A stretch of DNA of 64,000 nucleotides from Heterodontus francisci (lineage: Eukaryota): assembly GCF_036365525.1 (NCBI RefSeq), contig NC_090374.1, positions 15,107,168-15,171,167 on the forward strand, in the 5' to 3' direction. A program made the translations under genes and the position numbers. Under the pieces are notes generated by a model. The model had not been told where the DNA came from. It worked only from the letters and a program-made list of their open reading frames with translations, and made no database searches. Positions 47,531-60,330 of the stretch are shown piece by piece. The first letter of the stretch is position 1; every line of letters begins with the position of its first letter.

Positions 47531-49505
47531 TCCTCCCGATATCACATGGAGATCTGCTGCATGCTGCAGTTGGTTCTTTTGCCAATCACCTTAAATTGGT
47601 GTCCTCTGGTTTATGGTTTTCAAGAGGGTGAAACTGCAGAATAAAAACCCTGAAACTCGGCGAACATTTCTGGAATCACACGGAATTTAAATAATTCAGT
47701 CACTGTAAAGTAATGGCCTATTTTTTCATGTGTTATAGAATACAGTGGGGTTTCCCCACTGCTTTCATTGTTCATTGTACACAGGAGCTTAAGAAACAGA
47801 AGAAGTAGTCGACCATTCGGCCCTTCGAGCCTGCTCATCCATTCAATATGATCATGGTTGATCCTCTACCTCATCTGCGCCTCCTTGGCTTATCCCCATA
47901 TCCCTGGATTCCCATACAGCCAGAAATCTATCGATCTCAGTGTTGAATATACTCAATGTTAGAGCATCCACATCTCTTTGGCTTGAGAATTCCAAAGATT
48001 CACAATACTTAATGTGAAGAAATTTCTCCTCATCTCAGTCCTAAATAAGACTGTGACTCTGTGTTCTAGAGTCCCCAGTCAGGGGAACCAGCTTCCCAGC
48101 CTCTACCCTGTCAAGCCCTCTCTAAATGGTATATGACTCTCGGGAATATAGGCCTAGACTATTCAATAATATACATTTTGTGTATGTACATCAGCCAGAT
48201 GTAATCCCTTAGAACAGGGTGGAAATAAACTGTGCAGTTTTACAACATTTAACAAAATTCTTGTGGGAATCACAAGGATGGAAAAGGAACTCATTAATTT
48301 GAAGTTTTACTGTGTTAATACTGTGGAATGTCCCAAAGTGTTTCACAGCAGAACCACAGATACTGAGCAGTAGCCGACGAATTTGTGCAGATGAAAGAGA
48401 AATAAAAAGGTCTTGCATTTATATAGTGCCTTTCACAACCACTGGATTTCCAAAATCGCAATTAGTGCTGAGGTTACTTTACATCCATCTGAAAGAGCAG
48501 ACAGGGCCTTGATTTAACGTCCCATCCGAAAGATGGCACCTCCAACACTGCAGCATTCCCTCAGTACTGCACTGCAGCATCAGCCTTGATTTTTGTGCTC
48601 AAGTCCTGGAGCGAGACTTAGACCCACAGATTTCTGACTCAGAGGTGAGAGCCCGACCAACTGAACCACAGTTGAGACTATGAGCAAATGGCATCTGAAA
48701 ATTTTGCAATTGTGCCCAGTACACCCAATTCCTAGTCATTTAAATATATCAAAAAAAGCAGTGGTCCCAGTACTGACCCCTGGGAAACCCCACTGTCTAC
48801 CACCCTCCAGTCCGAAAAACAACCATTCACCACTATTCTCTGTTTTCTGTCTTTTAACAAACTTCATACCATGCTGCCACTGTCCTTTTTATCCCACGGG
48901 CTTCAATTTTGCTGACAAGCCTATTATGTGGCACTTTATTAAATGCCTTTTGGAAGTCTATGTACTCCACATCAACCACATTACCCTCATCAACCTTCTG
49001 TTACCTGATCAAAAAACTCAAGCAAGTTAGTTAAACACAATTTCCTTTAACAAATCCATGCTGGCTTTCCTTAACTAATCCATACTTGTCCAACTGACTG
49101 TTAATATTATCTTAGATTACCGTTTCTAAAAGCTTTCCCACCACTGAGGTTAAATTATCTTGGCCTGAAGTTGCTGGGTTTATCCCTATAAACAAGGGTG
49201 TAACATTTGCAATTCTTCAGTTCTTTGGAACCACCCCTCTATCTGAGCAAGATTGGAAGATTGTGGCCAGTTCCTCCGCAATTTCCTCCCTTAATTCCCT
49301 CAGTAAGCTAGGATGCATCCTTTCCAGTACCTGCTCTTCCACAGTTTTCAGCCCATCCAGTATCTCACAACATCCTATTTCGCTATGACTTAGGCAACAT
49401 CTTCTTCCTTGGTAAAGACAGATGCAAAGTACATAGGAACATACGAAATAGGATCAGGAGTAGGCCATCCGGCCTATGTACTTGCCTGTGTACGTTGCCA
49501 ATCTT

Positions 49506-51530
49506 AGAACATAGAACATTACAGCGCAGTACAGGCCCTTCGGCCCTCGATGTTGCGCTGACCTGTGAAACCATCTGACCTACACTATTCCATTTTCATC
49601 CATATGTCTATCCAATGACCACCTAAATGCCCTCAAAGTTGGCGAGTCTACTACTGTTGCAGGCAGGGCTTTCCACGCCCCTACTACTCTCTGAGTAAAG
49701 AAACTACCTCTGACATCTGTCCTATATCTATCACCCCTCAACTTAAAGCTATGTCCCCTCGTGTTTGCCATCACCATCCGAGGAAAAAGACTCTCACTAT
49801 CCACCCTATCTAACCCTCTGATTATCTTATATGTCTCTATTAAGTCACCTCTCCTCCTCCTTCTCTCCATGAAAACAACCTCAAGTCCCTCAGCCTTTCC
49901 TCGTAAGACCTTCCCTCCATACCAGGCAACATCCTAGTAAATCTCCTCTGCACCCTTTCCAAAGCTTCCACATCCTTCCTATAATGCGGTGACCAGAACT
50001 GCACGCAATACTCCAGGTGCGGCCGCACCAGAGTTTTGTACAGCTGCAGCATGACCTCGTGGCTCCGAAACTCGATCCCCCTACTAATAAAAGCTAACAC
50101 ACCATATGCCTTCTTAACAGCCCTATTAACCTGGGTGGCAACTTTCAGGGATTTATGTACCTGGACACCAAGATCTCTCTGCTCATCTACACTACCAAGA
50201 ATCTTCCCATTAGCCCAGTACTCTGCATTCTTGTTACTCCTTCCAAAGTGAATCACCTCACACTTTTCCGCATTAAACTCCATTTGCCATCTCTCAGCCC
50301 AGCTCTGCAGCCTATCTATGTCCCTCTGTAACCTACAACATCCTTCGGCACTATCCACAACTCCACCGACCTTCGTGTCATCCGCAAATTTACTAACCCA
50401 CCCTTCTACACCCTCTTCCAGGTCATTTATAAAAATGACAAACAGCAGTGGCCCCAAAACAGATCCTTGCGGTACACCACTAGTAACTAAACTCCAGGAT
50501 GAGCATTTGCCATCAACCACCACCCACTGTCTTCTTTCAGCTAACCAATTTCTGATCCAAAGCACTAAATCACCTTCAATCCCATACTTCCGTATTTTCT
50601 ACAATAGCCTACCGTGGGGAACCTTATCAAACGCCTTACTGAAATCCATATACACCACATCCACGGCTTTACCCTCATCCACCTGTTTGGTCACCTTCTC
50701 GAAAAACTCAATAAGGTTTGTGAGGCACGACCTACCCTTCACAAAACCGTGCTGACTATCTCTAATGAACTTATTCTTTTAAAGATGATTATAAATCCTA
50801 TCTCTTATAACCTTTTCCAATATTTTACCCACAACCGAAGTAAGGCTCACAGGTCTATAATTACCAGGGCTGTCTCTACTCCCCTTCTTGAACAAGGGGA
50901 CAACATTTGCTATCCTCCAGTCTTCCGGCACTATTCCTGTCGACAATGACGACATAAAGATCAAGGTCAAAGGCTCTGCAATCTCCTCCCTGGCTTCCCA
51001 GAGAATCCTAGGATAAATCCCATCTGGCCCAGGGGACTTATCTATTTTCACACTTTCCAAAATTGCTAACACCTCCTCCTTGTGAACCTCAATCCCATCT
51101 AGCCTAGTAGTCTGAATCTCAGTATTCTCCTCGACAACATTTTCTTTCTCCACTGTAAATACTGACGAAAAATATTCATTTAACGCTTCCCCTATCTCCT
51201 CTGATTCCACACACAACTTCCCACTACTATCCTTGATTGGCCCTAATCTAACTCTAGTCATTCTTTTATTCCTGATATACCTATAGAAAGCCTTAGGGTT
51301 TTCCTTGATCCTATCCGCCAATGACTTCTCGTGTCCTCTCCTCGCTCTTCTTAGCTCTCCCTTTAGATCCTTCCTGGCTAGCTTGTAACTCTCAAGCGCC
51401 CTAACTGAGCCTTCACGTCTCATCCTAACATAAGCCTTCTTCTTCCTCTTGACAAGCTCTTCAACTTCTTTAGTAAACCACGGCTCCCTCGCTCGACAAC
51501 TTCCTCCCTGCCTGACAGGTACGTACTTAT
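49506..51530 (-). mobile_element. 5'-truncated young CR1 (RT with stop and frameshift)
   Basis: ORFs 50779-51567, 49840-50565 and 49580-49870, nearly identical to the 23810 and 28441 copies. Confidence 0.95.
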
Positions 51531-51534
51531 CTTC

Positions 51535-53090
51535 TACCTCAATGCTATTTTTCCGCATGATCCCCATGTCCCTTGATATCTTTAATATCTAGAAATCTAT
51601 CAATCTCTGTCTTGAACAATGACTGAGCCTCCACAGTCCTCTGGGGTAGAGAATTCCAAAGATTCACCACCCTCCGAGTGAAGAAATTCCTCCCCATCTG
51701 GCCTACCTCTTACTCTGAGACTGTGTCCTGGGTTCTAGAGCCCCTGCCAAGGGAAACATCCTTCCTGCATCAATCCTGTCGAGCCCTGTAAGAATTTTGT
51801 ATGCTTCAATGAGATCACTACTCATTCTTCTAAACTCTGGAGAATTCAGGCTCAGTTTCCTCAATCTCTCCTCATGGGACAATCCCGCCATCCCAGGAAT
51901 CATTCTGGTGAACCTTTGTTGCACTCCCTCTCTGGCAAATATATCCTTTCTTAGATAAGGAGACCAAAACTGTACACAATACTCCAGGTGCGGTCTCACC
52001 AAGACTCAAATCCTCTTGCAGTAAAGGCCAACATACCATTTGCCTTCCTGATTGCTTGCTGAACCTGCATGTTGGCTTTCAATGACTTATGAACAACGAC
52101 GCCCTTTGGACATCAACACTTCCCAATCTCACACCATTTAAGAAATACTCTACATTTCTGTTTTTCCTACCAAAGTGGATAACTTCACATTTTTCCGCAT
52201 ATATTCCATCTGTCCTGTTATTGCCCACTCACTTAGCCTGTCTAAATCCCCTTGAAATCTCTTTGCATCCTCCTCACAACTCACATTCCCATCTAGTTTT
52301 GTGTCATCAGCAAACTTGGAAATATTACATTTGGTCTCCACATCCATATCATTGATATAGATTGTGAACAGCTCATTTAGTGCCATAGCTATGCTCTCTG
52401 CCTCCATTTGTCGGTCTGTAATCAGCCCGCCCCTCCTTTTACCACCCTTTTAATATTTATGTGCCTATTGAAGACTTTTGGATTCCCTTTTATGCTCGAT
52501 GCCAGTCTCTTTGCATACTCTCTCTTTGCTGCTTTTATTGCCCTTTTTTGACTACCCTCCTGAACTTTCTATAATCAGCTTGGTTCTCACTTGTATTATC
52601 AACCTGGCATCTGTCATGTGCGCCCTTTTTCTGCTTCATTTTACTCTCTATCTCTTTCATCATCCAGGGAGCTTTGGCTTTGCCCTACCTTTCCCCCTCA
52701 TGGGAATGTACATCATTGGACCCGAACCATCTTCTCTTTAAAGGCAGCCCATTGTTCCGTTACAGTTTTGCCTGCTAATCTTTGACGCCAATTTACCTGG
52801 GATAGATCCTTTTATCCTGCCAGTGAAATTGTCTCCCTCCAAATAATTATTTTACTCTGGATTGTTCCTTGTCCTTTTCCATAGCAAACCTAAACCTCGT
52901 GATACTATGATCACTGTCCGTTCAGTGTTCCCCTACTGACACTTGATCCACTTGACCCACCTCATTCTCGAGAACTAGATCCAGCAATGCCTCCTTTTGC
53001 ATTGGGCTAGAAATGTACTGATCAAGAAAATTCTCCTGAACAACTTCAGAAATACTTCGCCCATCTGCCCTTTGCACTGTTACTATCCCA
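51535..53090 (-). mobile_element. older degraded CR1 fragments
   Basis: VRPHLEYCVQFWSP (51703-52002); ISKFADDTKL (52150-52407). Confidence 0.8.
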
Positions 53091-53327
53091 GTTTGCCAAA
53101 CCTCTGGGTAGACAGTGATTCACTCATGAGGGACATTGGGAGGGATGGATAGAGTCACAGGTCAGGCTGTGATGCTTCCTTCTGTCCAAAGATGAATAGC
53201 TTGCCAGCACTCGTCGTTGGACTTGTACATGGTGAGCACCAACCTTGGACAGAAGCTGGAGCCTGGCCAGAGCTCATGGAGTTGCACTGGGGCATGAGTC
53301 ACATGTGCAGTACAATACAGAATCTCT

Positions 53328-53674
53328 TAGGCTAATGCTCTGGGGACGTGGGTTCGAATCCCACTATGGCAATTGGTGAAATTTGAATTCAATTAATGAA
53401 TCTGGAATTAAACACTAGTCTAATGATGAGCATGAAACTATTGTCGATTGTTGTAAAAACCCATCTGGTTCACTAATGTCCTTTAGGGAAGGAAATCTGC
53501 CGTTCTTACCTGGTCTGGTCTACATGTGACTCCAGACCCACAGCAATGTGGTTGACTCTTAAATGCCCTCTGAAATGGTCTAGCAAGCCACTCAGTTCAA
53601 GGGAAATTCGGGATGGGCAATAAATACTGTCCTAGCCAGTGACCCCCACATCCCACTAAACAAATAAAACAAAA
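53328..53674 (+). mobile_element. family X SINE, 5'-truncated (B box, body, LINE X tail)
   Basis: GGTTCGAATCC; body collinear with 42100-41830; at 53597/53598 it jumps to CAAGGGAAATTCGGGATGGGCAATAAA, the LINE X 3' end. Confidence 0.88.
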
Positions 53675-53724
53675 TTACTTTTCTCTGATGCCAGGTGCCC
53701 TGACCTGCTCTGGTGAGATTTGAA

Positions 53725-53937
53725 GTCACAACAAGAAATGTTGGAAATACCAGGCAGGTCTGGCAGCATCTGTGGAGAGAGAAGCAGAGTTAACATTTCA
53801 GGTCAGAAGAAGGGTCACTGGCCTGAAACGTTAACTGTGCTTCTCTTTCCACAGATGTTGCCAGACCTGCTGAGTATTTCCAGCATTTCTTATTTTTATT
53901 TCAGATTTCCAGCATCGGCGGTATTTTGCTTTTATTT
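53725..53937. mobile_element. Penelope pseudo-LTRs in head-to-head inverted arrangement
   Basis: CAGGTCTGGCAGCATCTGTGGAGAGAGAAGCAGAGTTAAC...GTTAACTGTGCTTCTCTTTCCACAGATGTTGCCAGACCTG forms a hairpin centred at ~53803. Confidence 0.75.
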
Positions 53938-54726
53938 GAACTCACAACTTCTGGGTGGCTAATACCAGAGCCACTGCATTACTGTACCCAATATTCAGTC
54001 ACACCCCGAACTCTGTCCCTTCCTCCTGCATAGTGTCTGATACCCCCTCCAAGGTGACCCTGGAGAAGGACCAAAGGGTATCTGCCAAAGGCTTTCCATG
54101 ACTGGAGTGTGGAGGGGAGAGTGCAAATAATAATGCAATTTATTTATAGTTTGGGTTTCTATTAGTTGTCCCCTCTTAAAAAGGGGGCACTTTTATCGTA
54201 GAATGGTTACAGCACAGAAGGAGGTTATTCGGCCCATCGTGTCCATGCTGCCTTTCTACAAAGGCAAATCAGTTAGTCCCACTCCCCTGCTCTTTCTCTG
54301 TAGCCCTGAAAATTTTTTCTCTTCAGATAAATATCCAATTCCGTTTTGAAAGCCACGATCGAACCTACCTGCACCACACACCCGAGCAGTGCATTCCAGA
54401 TCCTAAACACTCGCTGTGTAAAAAAAAAAAGTTTGTCCTCATGTCGTCTTTGGTTCTTATGCCAATCGCCTTAAATCAGTGTCCTCTGGTTCTAGATCCT
54501 TCTGCCAATGGGAAGCTTCTCCTTACCTACACTGTCCGGAGCCCTCATGATTTCGATCTCCTCTATCAGATCTCCTCTCAACCTTGTCTTCTCTAAGGAG
54601 AACAATTGTTGATTTGTTTTGGCCTCCTTCTGGCTTCGAAATGAAAAGGCAAAGCAAACTGGTCATTTGGTTGAGGGACATTTAAACAAGCAGTTGATTG
54701 ACTCACTAACTCTTGTATTCCTGCAG

Positions 54727-55128
54727 GAAGTGATAGAGTGTCAGTGTCTGTGGAAGTACCAAGGAGAGTGGATGGTAGTGCTGGGAACTCTGTCGTTCTC
54801 CCCTGCAAGTTCAGGTCTTCCTATGCGGATTACACTACCTTTGATATTACTGTCATCTGGAAGATGAAGGTGTTTTATACAGGACCAGTTCTCTTCAACT
54901 CGACTAACAGACTAAAGACCAGTAAAATATTTGAAAATGTAGTTCACACTAACATTAATGGCCGATACAGACTGGCTGGGGACCCCAGAAAGAAGGATGC
55001 TTCATTAGAGCTGAAGAATGCCATGTTAGATGACAACAGTGAGTATTTCTGTCGTGTGGAAGTGAAACGTCAGGGATTACCTCCTTACATGGATGAAACC
55101 AATCCTGGAACCATCCTGAAAATAACAG
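54727..55128 (+). CDS. SIGLEC15: Siglec-15-like receptor, V-set Ig exon
   Basis: Acceptor TTCCTGCAG|GA and donor CAG|GTAAAT, phase 1-1; VEVPRRVDGSAGNSVVLPCKF..VIW..YTGPVLF..GRYRLAGDPRKKDASL..DDNSEYFCRVE..GTILKIT resembles recalled Siglec-15 (VLPCTF, YAGPQVF, GRFRLLGNPRRNDLSL, YFCRVE). Confidence 0.88.
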
Positions 55129-55204
55129 GTAAATTCAACATGAATTTAAATTGCTGGTGGATACTGAATAGAATTAGACCTGCCCTGAGTCTGATAGACA
55201 GGTG

Positions 55205-55235
<31 letters not shown>

Positions 55236-55763
55236 AGAGTCATTGTCTTTGGCTACCAACATTACCCCCATACCTTTTACTAGTGACTCCACACCTCCCT
55301 GGACACTATCTCAAGCTGAACCACGTCTGTTCAATCCCAAGCTGGGCTTCTAACCCCATATTCTCGATCACAAAGACCATCTAATTCCACCTCCATCCCC
55401 TCCCTCAGCCCATCAGCTGCTGAAACTGCCACCTGTGCCTTTCTCACCCCCAGACCCGATGGTTCTAGTGCTCCCCTGACCGACTGACTGACCTCCCATC
55501 CTCCTGGCCAGGTGGCTGCCTTGCTGGCCTCACGTTTTCAGCCGGAGGTCTTGGGGTCAAGGAGCCTGTGCCAGGTCACTGACTTCTTCTCACCTCTGGC
55601 TTGTGCATGTGCTGTTCCACCGAGTGAATATGTCCACTCCCCAGGCAGACGTGCAGCAAACGTACTTGTTTGAAGAAGTGTCCGCTCATCTTGACTCCAA
55701 TGACGCCAGCAAATGTATCATCCTTGGTGGAGGGGAGAAATTTCAACAGTACTCTTGACTTGA

Positions 55764-56115
55764 GGGACTGCTCCGGCATCCCGCATAGCCGGGTGGCAAT
55801 AGAGAGGGCAAGGGACTGCTCCGGTACCCCGTGCAGCCGGGTGGCAATAGAGAGGGCAAGGGACTGCTCCGGTATCCCGCATAGCCGGCTGACAATGGAG
55901 AGGGCAAGGGACTGCTCTGGTACCCCCCGCAGCTGACTGGCAATGGAGAGGGCAAGGGACTGCTCTGGTACCCCCCGCAGCTGACTGGCAATGGAGAGGG
56001 CAAGGGACTGCTCCGGTATCCCGCATAGCCGGCTGACAATGGAGAGGGCAAGGGACTGCTCTGGTACCCCCCGCAGCTGACTGGCAATGGAGAGGGCAAG
56101 GGACTGCTCCGGTAC
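55764..56115. repeat. 48-bp minisatellite, about 7.3 copies
   Basis: GGGACTGCTC(C/T)GGTA..GCAATGGAGAGGGCAA units starting at ~55764, 55812, 55860 ... 56100. Confidence 0.95.
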
Positions 56116-56329
56116 CACGCGTGGCTGCAGGGTCAAGGGGGATGGAGGGGAGTGATGGAGAGAGTGAGGGATTGCTCTGGTACCCCACCAGATTGTTGGG
56201 GGGAGGGGTGGTTGGAGTGATGAAGAGAGTGAACAGTACTCCACATGGATAGGGGTGGGTGGGGGGTTGATGGAGAGAGTGAGGGGCCACTCTGAGATCG
56301 GCCGGCTGACAATGGGGAAGTTGAGGAAA

Positions 56330-59300
56330 CTGGTTAACTCCTACAACTCGATGGACGTCTGGGGAAATCTCCCTCCCGTACCAGCCCTTTCACTTTCATG
56401 CAGTCTGAAGGAGGAGGGTCAGGAATCGACCTCCTTTACATTTCTCAGGCGTTCATCTCTCGTGTTCTGGCAGCTTCTGTGCAGCTGGTGCCGTGCACTG
56501 CCCACCACCTGATGTGGGTGGAGCTGGTGCTACTCTCCATGTGAGTGGAGACATTTTAACAACCTGCTGCTGGAGGATGAACGGCTCCAGGACTCGGGAT
56601 ATGGACAAGGCCCGTGTCCATGTCTTCTGTCAGAAGTATGCGAGGGGGTCGACCAGGAGGCAGAAGACCAGGGTTGAGCGGTTGGAGTAGGAGGTGCTCG
56701 ACCTGGAGTCCTGTCTTGGTCAGGCTGGTGAAGACCCGGTCCTGCAGAGGTCTGCAAAGAGAACAGCACGTTCATGAGGTTGCGTGTTCGATTCCTCCAA
56801 GACCTGGACCATGCCTCCCCCTGCTCCTACTTACTGGAGAAAAGGCAGGGGGTTTGTAAGCAGATCCTGGGGCTGCTGGCCGATGATGGATCCCTGGTCT
56901 CAGATATAGAGAGCATCGGTGCCCAGGTCCTGGCCTTTGCTCTCTACAGATCCATTCAGCGAGGCTGCTCGCAGAGATTTGTGGGAGGACCTGCCAAAGG
57001 TGGGCTTGGAGGGTACCGAGCATCTTGATGCTTCCCTCAGCCCTTGAGGGGCAAGTCCCCAGGGCTGGATGTACTGATTGTGGAGTCCCACAGCGGGTGG
57101 GGGGGGAGGGGGTCACCTACCCATGGGTCCTGGGGGAAAGTCTGGTGACCAGGGAAATTCCCCTCTCTTGGTGTAGGGCCATCATTGTCCTGCTGCTCTA
57201 ATCTCCATCTGCTTAAGAACTGGTGCCCAGTCTCCTTCCTCAGCATGGACTACAAGATCTTTGCCTGGGCTATGTCTACCCGCCTGGGCTCTGTGCTGGC
57301 CCACATGATCCACCCTGACCAGTCCTACATGGTCCCGGGCCGGTCCATCCAAGACGACATCCACCTGCTCTGGGACCTGATCCACCTGTTCCAGAATACT
57401 GGTCTGTCAGTCGCCTTCCTTTCCTGAATCATGAGAAGACGTCCAACAGGGTTGATCACAACTATTTTTTAGGATTCTGCAGGCTTTTGGGTTCGGGACG
57501 CATTTCAGTGCCCAGATCCAGAGTGTCTGGTTAAGCTTAATGAGTCCTTGATGACACTTTGGGAGTGGAGTGCGTCAGGGGCACCCCATATCTTGCGGAG
57601 GAGATTGATGGGACTGGCTCTATGGGGGCTGGGTGGGTCATCCTCATGGCTTACACCAGTGACGTCCTCCTCATGGTCACGGATCCTGTTGACCAGTGGA
57701 GGATGTGCAAGTGTCAGCAGGTCTACTCCATGGTGTCCTCCGCCAGGATCAACTGAGAGAAATGTGCTGGACTCCTGGTGGGTCAGTGGCGGCTGGATTC
57801 CCTGCCGGAGGAGCTCAGGAGCATCATCCACCTCCTCTACCTGGGAGTCTATCTTCACCCTGCTGGGGAACTGGCAAGAGCTGAAGGCCAAGATCAGTAT
57901 TTGCATAGCGCGTGGGACAGATCTGCTCCCAGTGCTGTCCGACAGGGGCCGAGCGCTGGACATAAACTAACTGGCGGCCGCGATGCTGTGGTACTGCTTG
58001 GTCACCTTGGTCTCCCCTCCCCCACCCCCCCCCCCCCCCACAGAGTTAGTCGCTAAGATACAGAAGAAACTGGTCGACTTCTTCTGGGACAAAAGGCAGC
58101 AACTGGCTCTCTGCCACGGTGCTGGGTCTCCCACTTCGGTCAGGTGCTGGTGTGCCTTCGCACCCAGGCAGTGACTTTTCACCTTCGACCCTGCATGTTG
58201 AGGACCCTCCTAGATGGTGCCGCTGGAGACGTATTTCTTCTGCCAGCTGCTTGGCATCAATTACGATGGGCAGCTGCTGTTTATTGCCCTGGGCCTCCTG
58301 TCTCCACGCCCCCTTGCAGGAGCTGCCTGTCTCTTACACGGAACTGATCAGGGTCTGGAATATGGTTGCCTCCAGCCGGAGCGTTCCCCATCAGAAGTGG
58401 TGGCTATCCTCCGGAAGCCGCGGTTCAGAAATCGATCCGTACAGGTTCATGTGACTGATGGAGGAGGGGACGCTGGCTGCCAAGGTGGCCAGAGTCAGGA
58501 TAGACTGGGCTGGATGGTGCTGGAAGAGTTGGCATAAAGTGCATCCTTGGGTGGTGGTCCAGCTCATGGCCAAAGCTATTGAGAGTCTAAAGAAGTGGTG
58601 CTCAGCCCTGACTGCACTCGAGGTGTCGAGGTGGCTGAGGCGGGTGGAGGACTTTCCTCACAGCTGATCCCCGTTTAGACAGAACATCTCATTGGAAATC
58701 CCCTCCGTGCCATTCCACTCTGCACCGACTGGTCTCCTGTTCGGGCTGCTTTTGCACACCCTCCATTTCTCAACTCTCGTTGGCTATCCAGAGGAGGTGA
58801 GGGTCCCCGGTGGGAGGCTGTCCAGTTGGGAGTCTTGCCGATTTGGTGTGGAGGGTGTTGCATGCGGCAGTTCTGTGCACCAGGTTGTCAAAGTCGATTC
58901 ACGGCCTCCCGGGCTGCCTGTAATTTCTGCGGCCTGGAGGAGCCCATGTTTTGCACCTTTGTCAGAGGTGAGAGGCTGCAGCCCCTCTTTTTCATTATCT
59001 GAGGAGGCTGCTCCTCAATTTCTGGCTGCACTTCAGTCCCAAGCTCCTGATCTTTGCCACCTGGTGCAGAGGGGAGTGGGCAGATCGGAGGATCTCCTCA
59101 TGGGATTGCGTCTGGGCCTGGGAAAGTGGTCATCAATAGGTCCAGGCAGCGGGCAGTTGAATGGGTCATTTTCCCTGACTGCCTGCCTCTCTTCTATGGC
59201 AACATCCATGCACAGGTGTCCCTGGAGTTGGAGCACATGATGTCCGCTCGTACGCTTCAGGTTTTCCGTGACCAGTGGGCAACAGGAGGCTGGAGTGCAT

Positions 59301-59410
59301 CATCGCCCCTGGGAATCTGATTAGTTCGGCTTGGTGTAAAATGTTTGGGATTTTTTTGTTACCGTATATTAGTGGGGCACCTTTCAGAAGGGGCACTTAG
59401 TTCCTTTTGA
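56330..59410 (+). mobile_element. heavily degraded Tx1-clade LINE ORF2
   Basis: LKNWCPVSFLSMDYKIFA..IHPDQSYMVPGRSIQDDI..AFLS; MAYTSDV; LSDRGRALDIN..MLWY..IQKKLVDFFW; 3' hairpin resembles 54165-54192. Confidence 0.75.
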
Positions 59411-59799
59411 TTGCCGACCTTCTGATTGGATCAGAAGAGGTATAAAAAGGAATAGACTGAAAGTTAGGTCAGACGGTGCATGTTTGCAATGTGTATCTCT
59501 GTAAATAAATGCTTATAAAGGGTGTAAAGATTGGCTCCAGTTCTATCCTTCACCACCTGGATTTCCGGAGCACAAAACATCCGCACCAAACTCTCCGTTC
59601 CTCTTGACTCTTGTGCATTGCTGTTCGATCAACCCAACTGTATTAAGTATTATGGAACCAAGGTGGGTAGAGGAAGTTAAAATTCAGATCAGTCATGACC
59701 TAATTGAATGACAGACAGGCTAGAGGGTCTGAATGGCCATTCTTTTACCTGTGTTCCTTCCTAGGAACCACCTTCAGCTACCCAGACCCCATGCTCTGG

Positions 59800-60330
59800 A
59801 ATAAAAACAGAAAGTGCTGGAAATACTCAGCAGGTCAGGCAGCATCTGTGGAGAGAGAAGCAGAGTTAATATTTCAGGTCTGTGACCTTTCATCACAGAG
59901 TCACAGAATTGTTACAGTGCAGAAGGAGTCCATTCAGCCCATCATGTCTGTACCAGCTCTCAATGAGCATTTCACCAAGTGCCATTCCCACCTTTCTCCC
60001 TGTAACCCTGCACATTCTGCCTTTTCATATAACAGTCTAATTCCATTTTGAATACCTCGATTGAACCTGCCTCCAACACACTCTCAGGCAGTGCATTCAA
60101 GACCTTAACCATCAGAACTGGCAAAGGTTAGAAATGTAATAGGCTTTGAGAAAGTGAAAAGGTGGGGGGGGGGGGGGGGGGGGGGAGGGGGGAAGAAGAA
60201 CAATAGGGAAGGTGTGTGATAGGGCAAAGGGCAGGAGAGATTAAATGACAAAGATGTCACGGCACAAAGGCAAAGGGAGTGCTAATACATAGATTAAAAG
60301 ACAAAGCATTAGTCCAGAGAGAGTGTTCAT
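59800..60330 (-). mobile_element. Penelope pseudo-LTR fragment interrupted by a CR1 tail
   Basis: 59800-59895 and 60112-60330 are reverse-complement similar to 9690-9960. Confidence 0.65.

Larger units (their letters stand above)
43585..48385. repeat. long diverged inverted repeat (arms ~0.8 kb: 43585-43832 plus 46033-46585 versus 47600-48385)
   Basis: CTACTGCTCAGTATCTGTGGTTCTGCTGTGAAACACTTTGGG (~43595) has its reverse complement at ~48330-48372; TTTCACCCTCTTGAAAACCA (~46550) has its reverse complement at ~47615-47634. Confidence 0.85.

Noticed and set aside
54727-55205. Rearranging Ig/TCR/IgNAR V segment
   Set aside because: The exon includes its own G strand and ends in a splice donor; no CACAGTG heptamer or nonamer follows; the motifs fit Siglec-15.
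55576-56290. Repeat-containing ORFs on the - strand
   Set aside because: They are products of a 48-bp minisatellite with no splice or domain support.
60163-60192. Long G runs as G-quadruplex elements (also 2697, 37557 and 43000)
   Set aside because: They are simple homopolymers within repeats, and their length is unreliable in assemblies.
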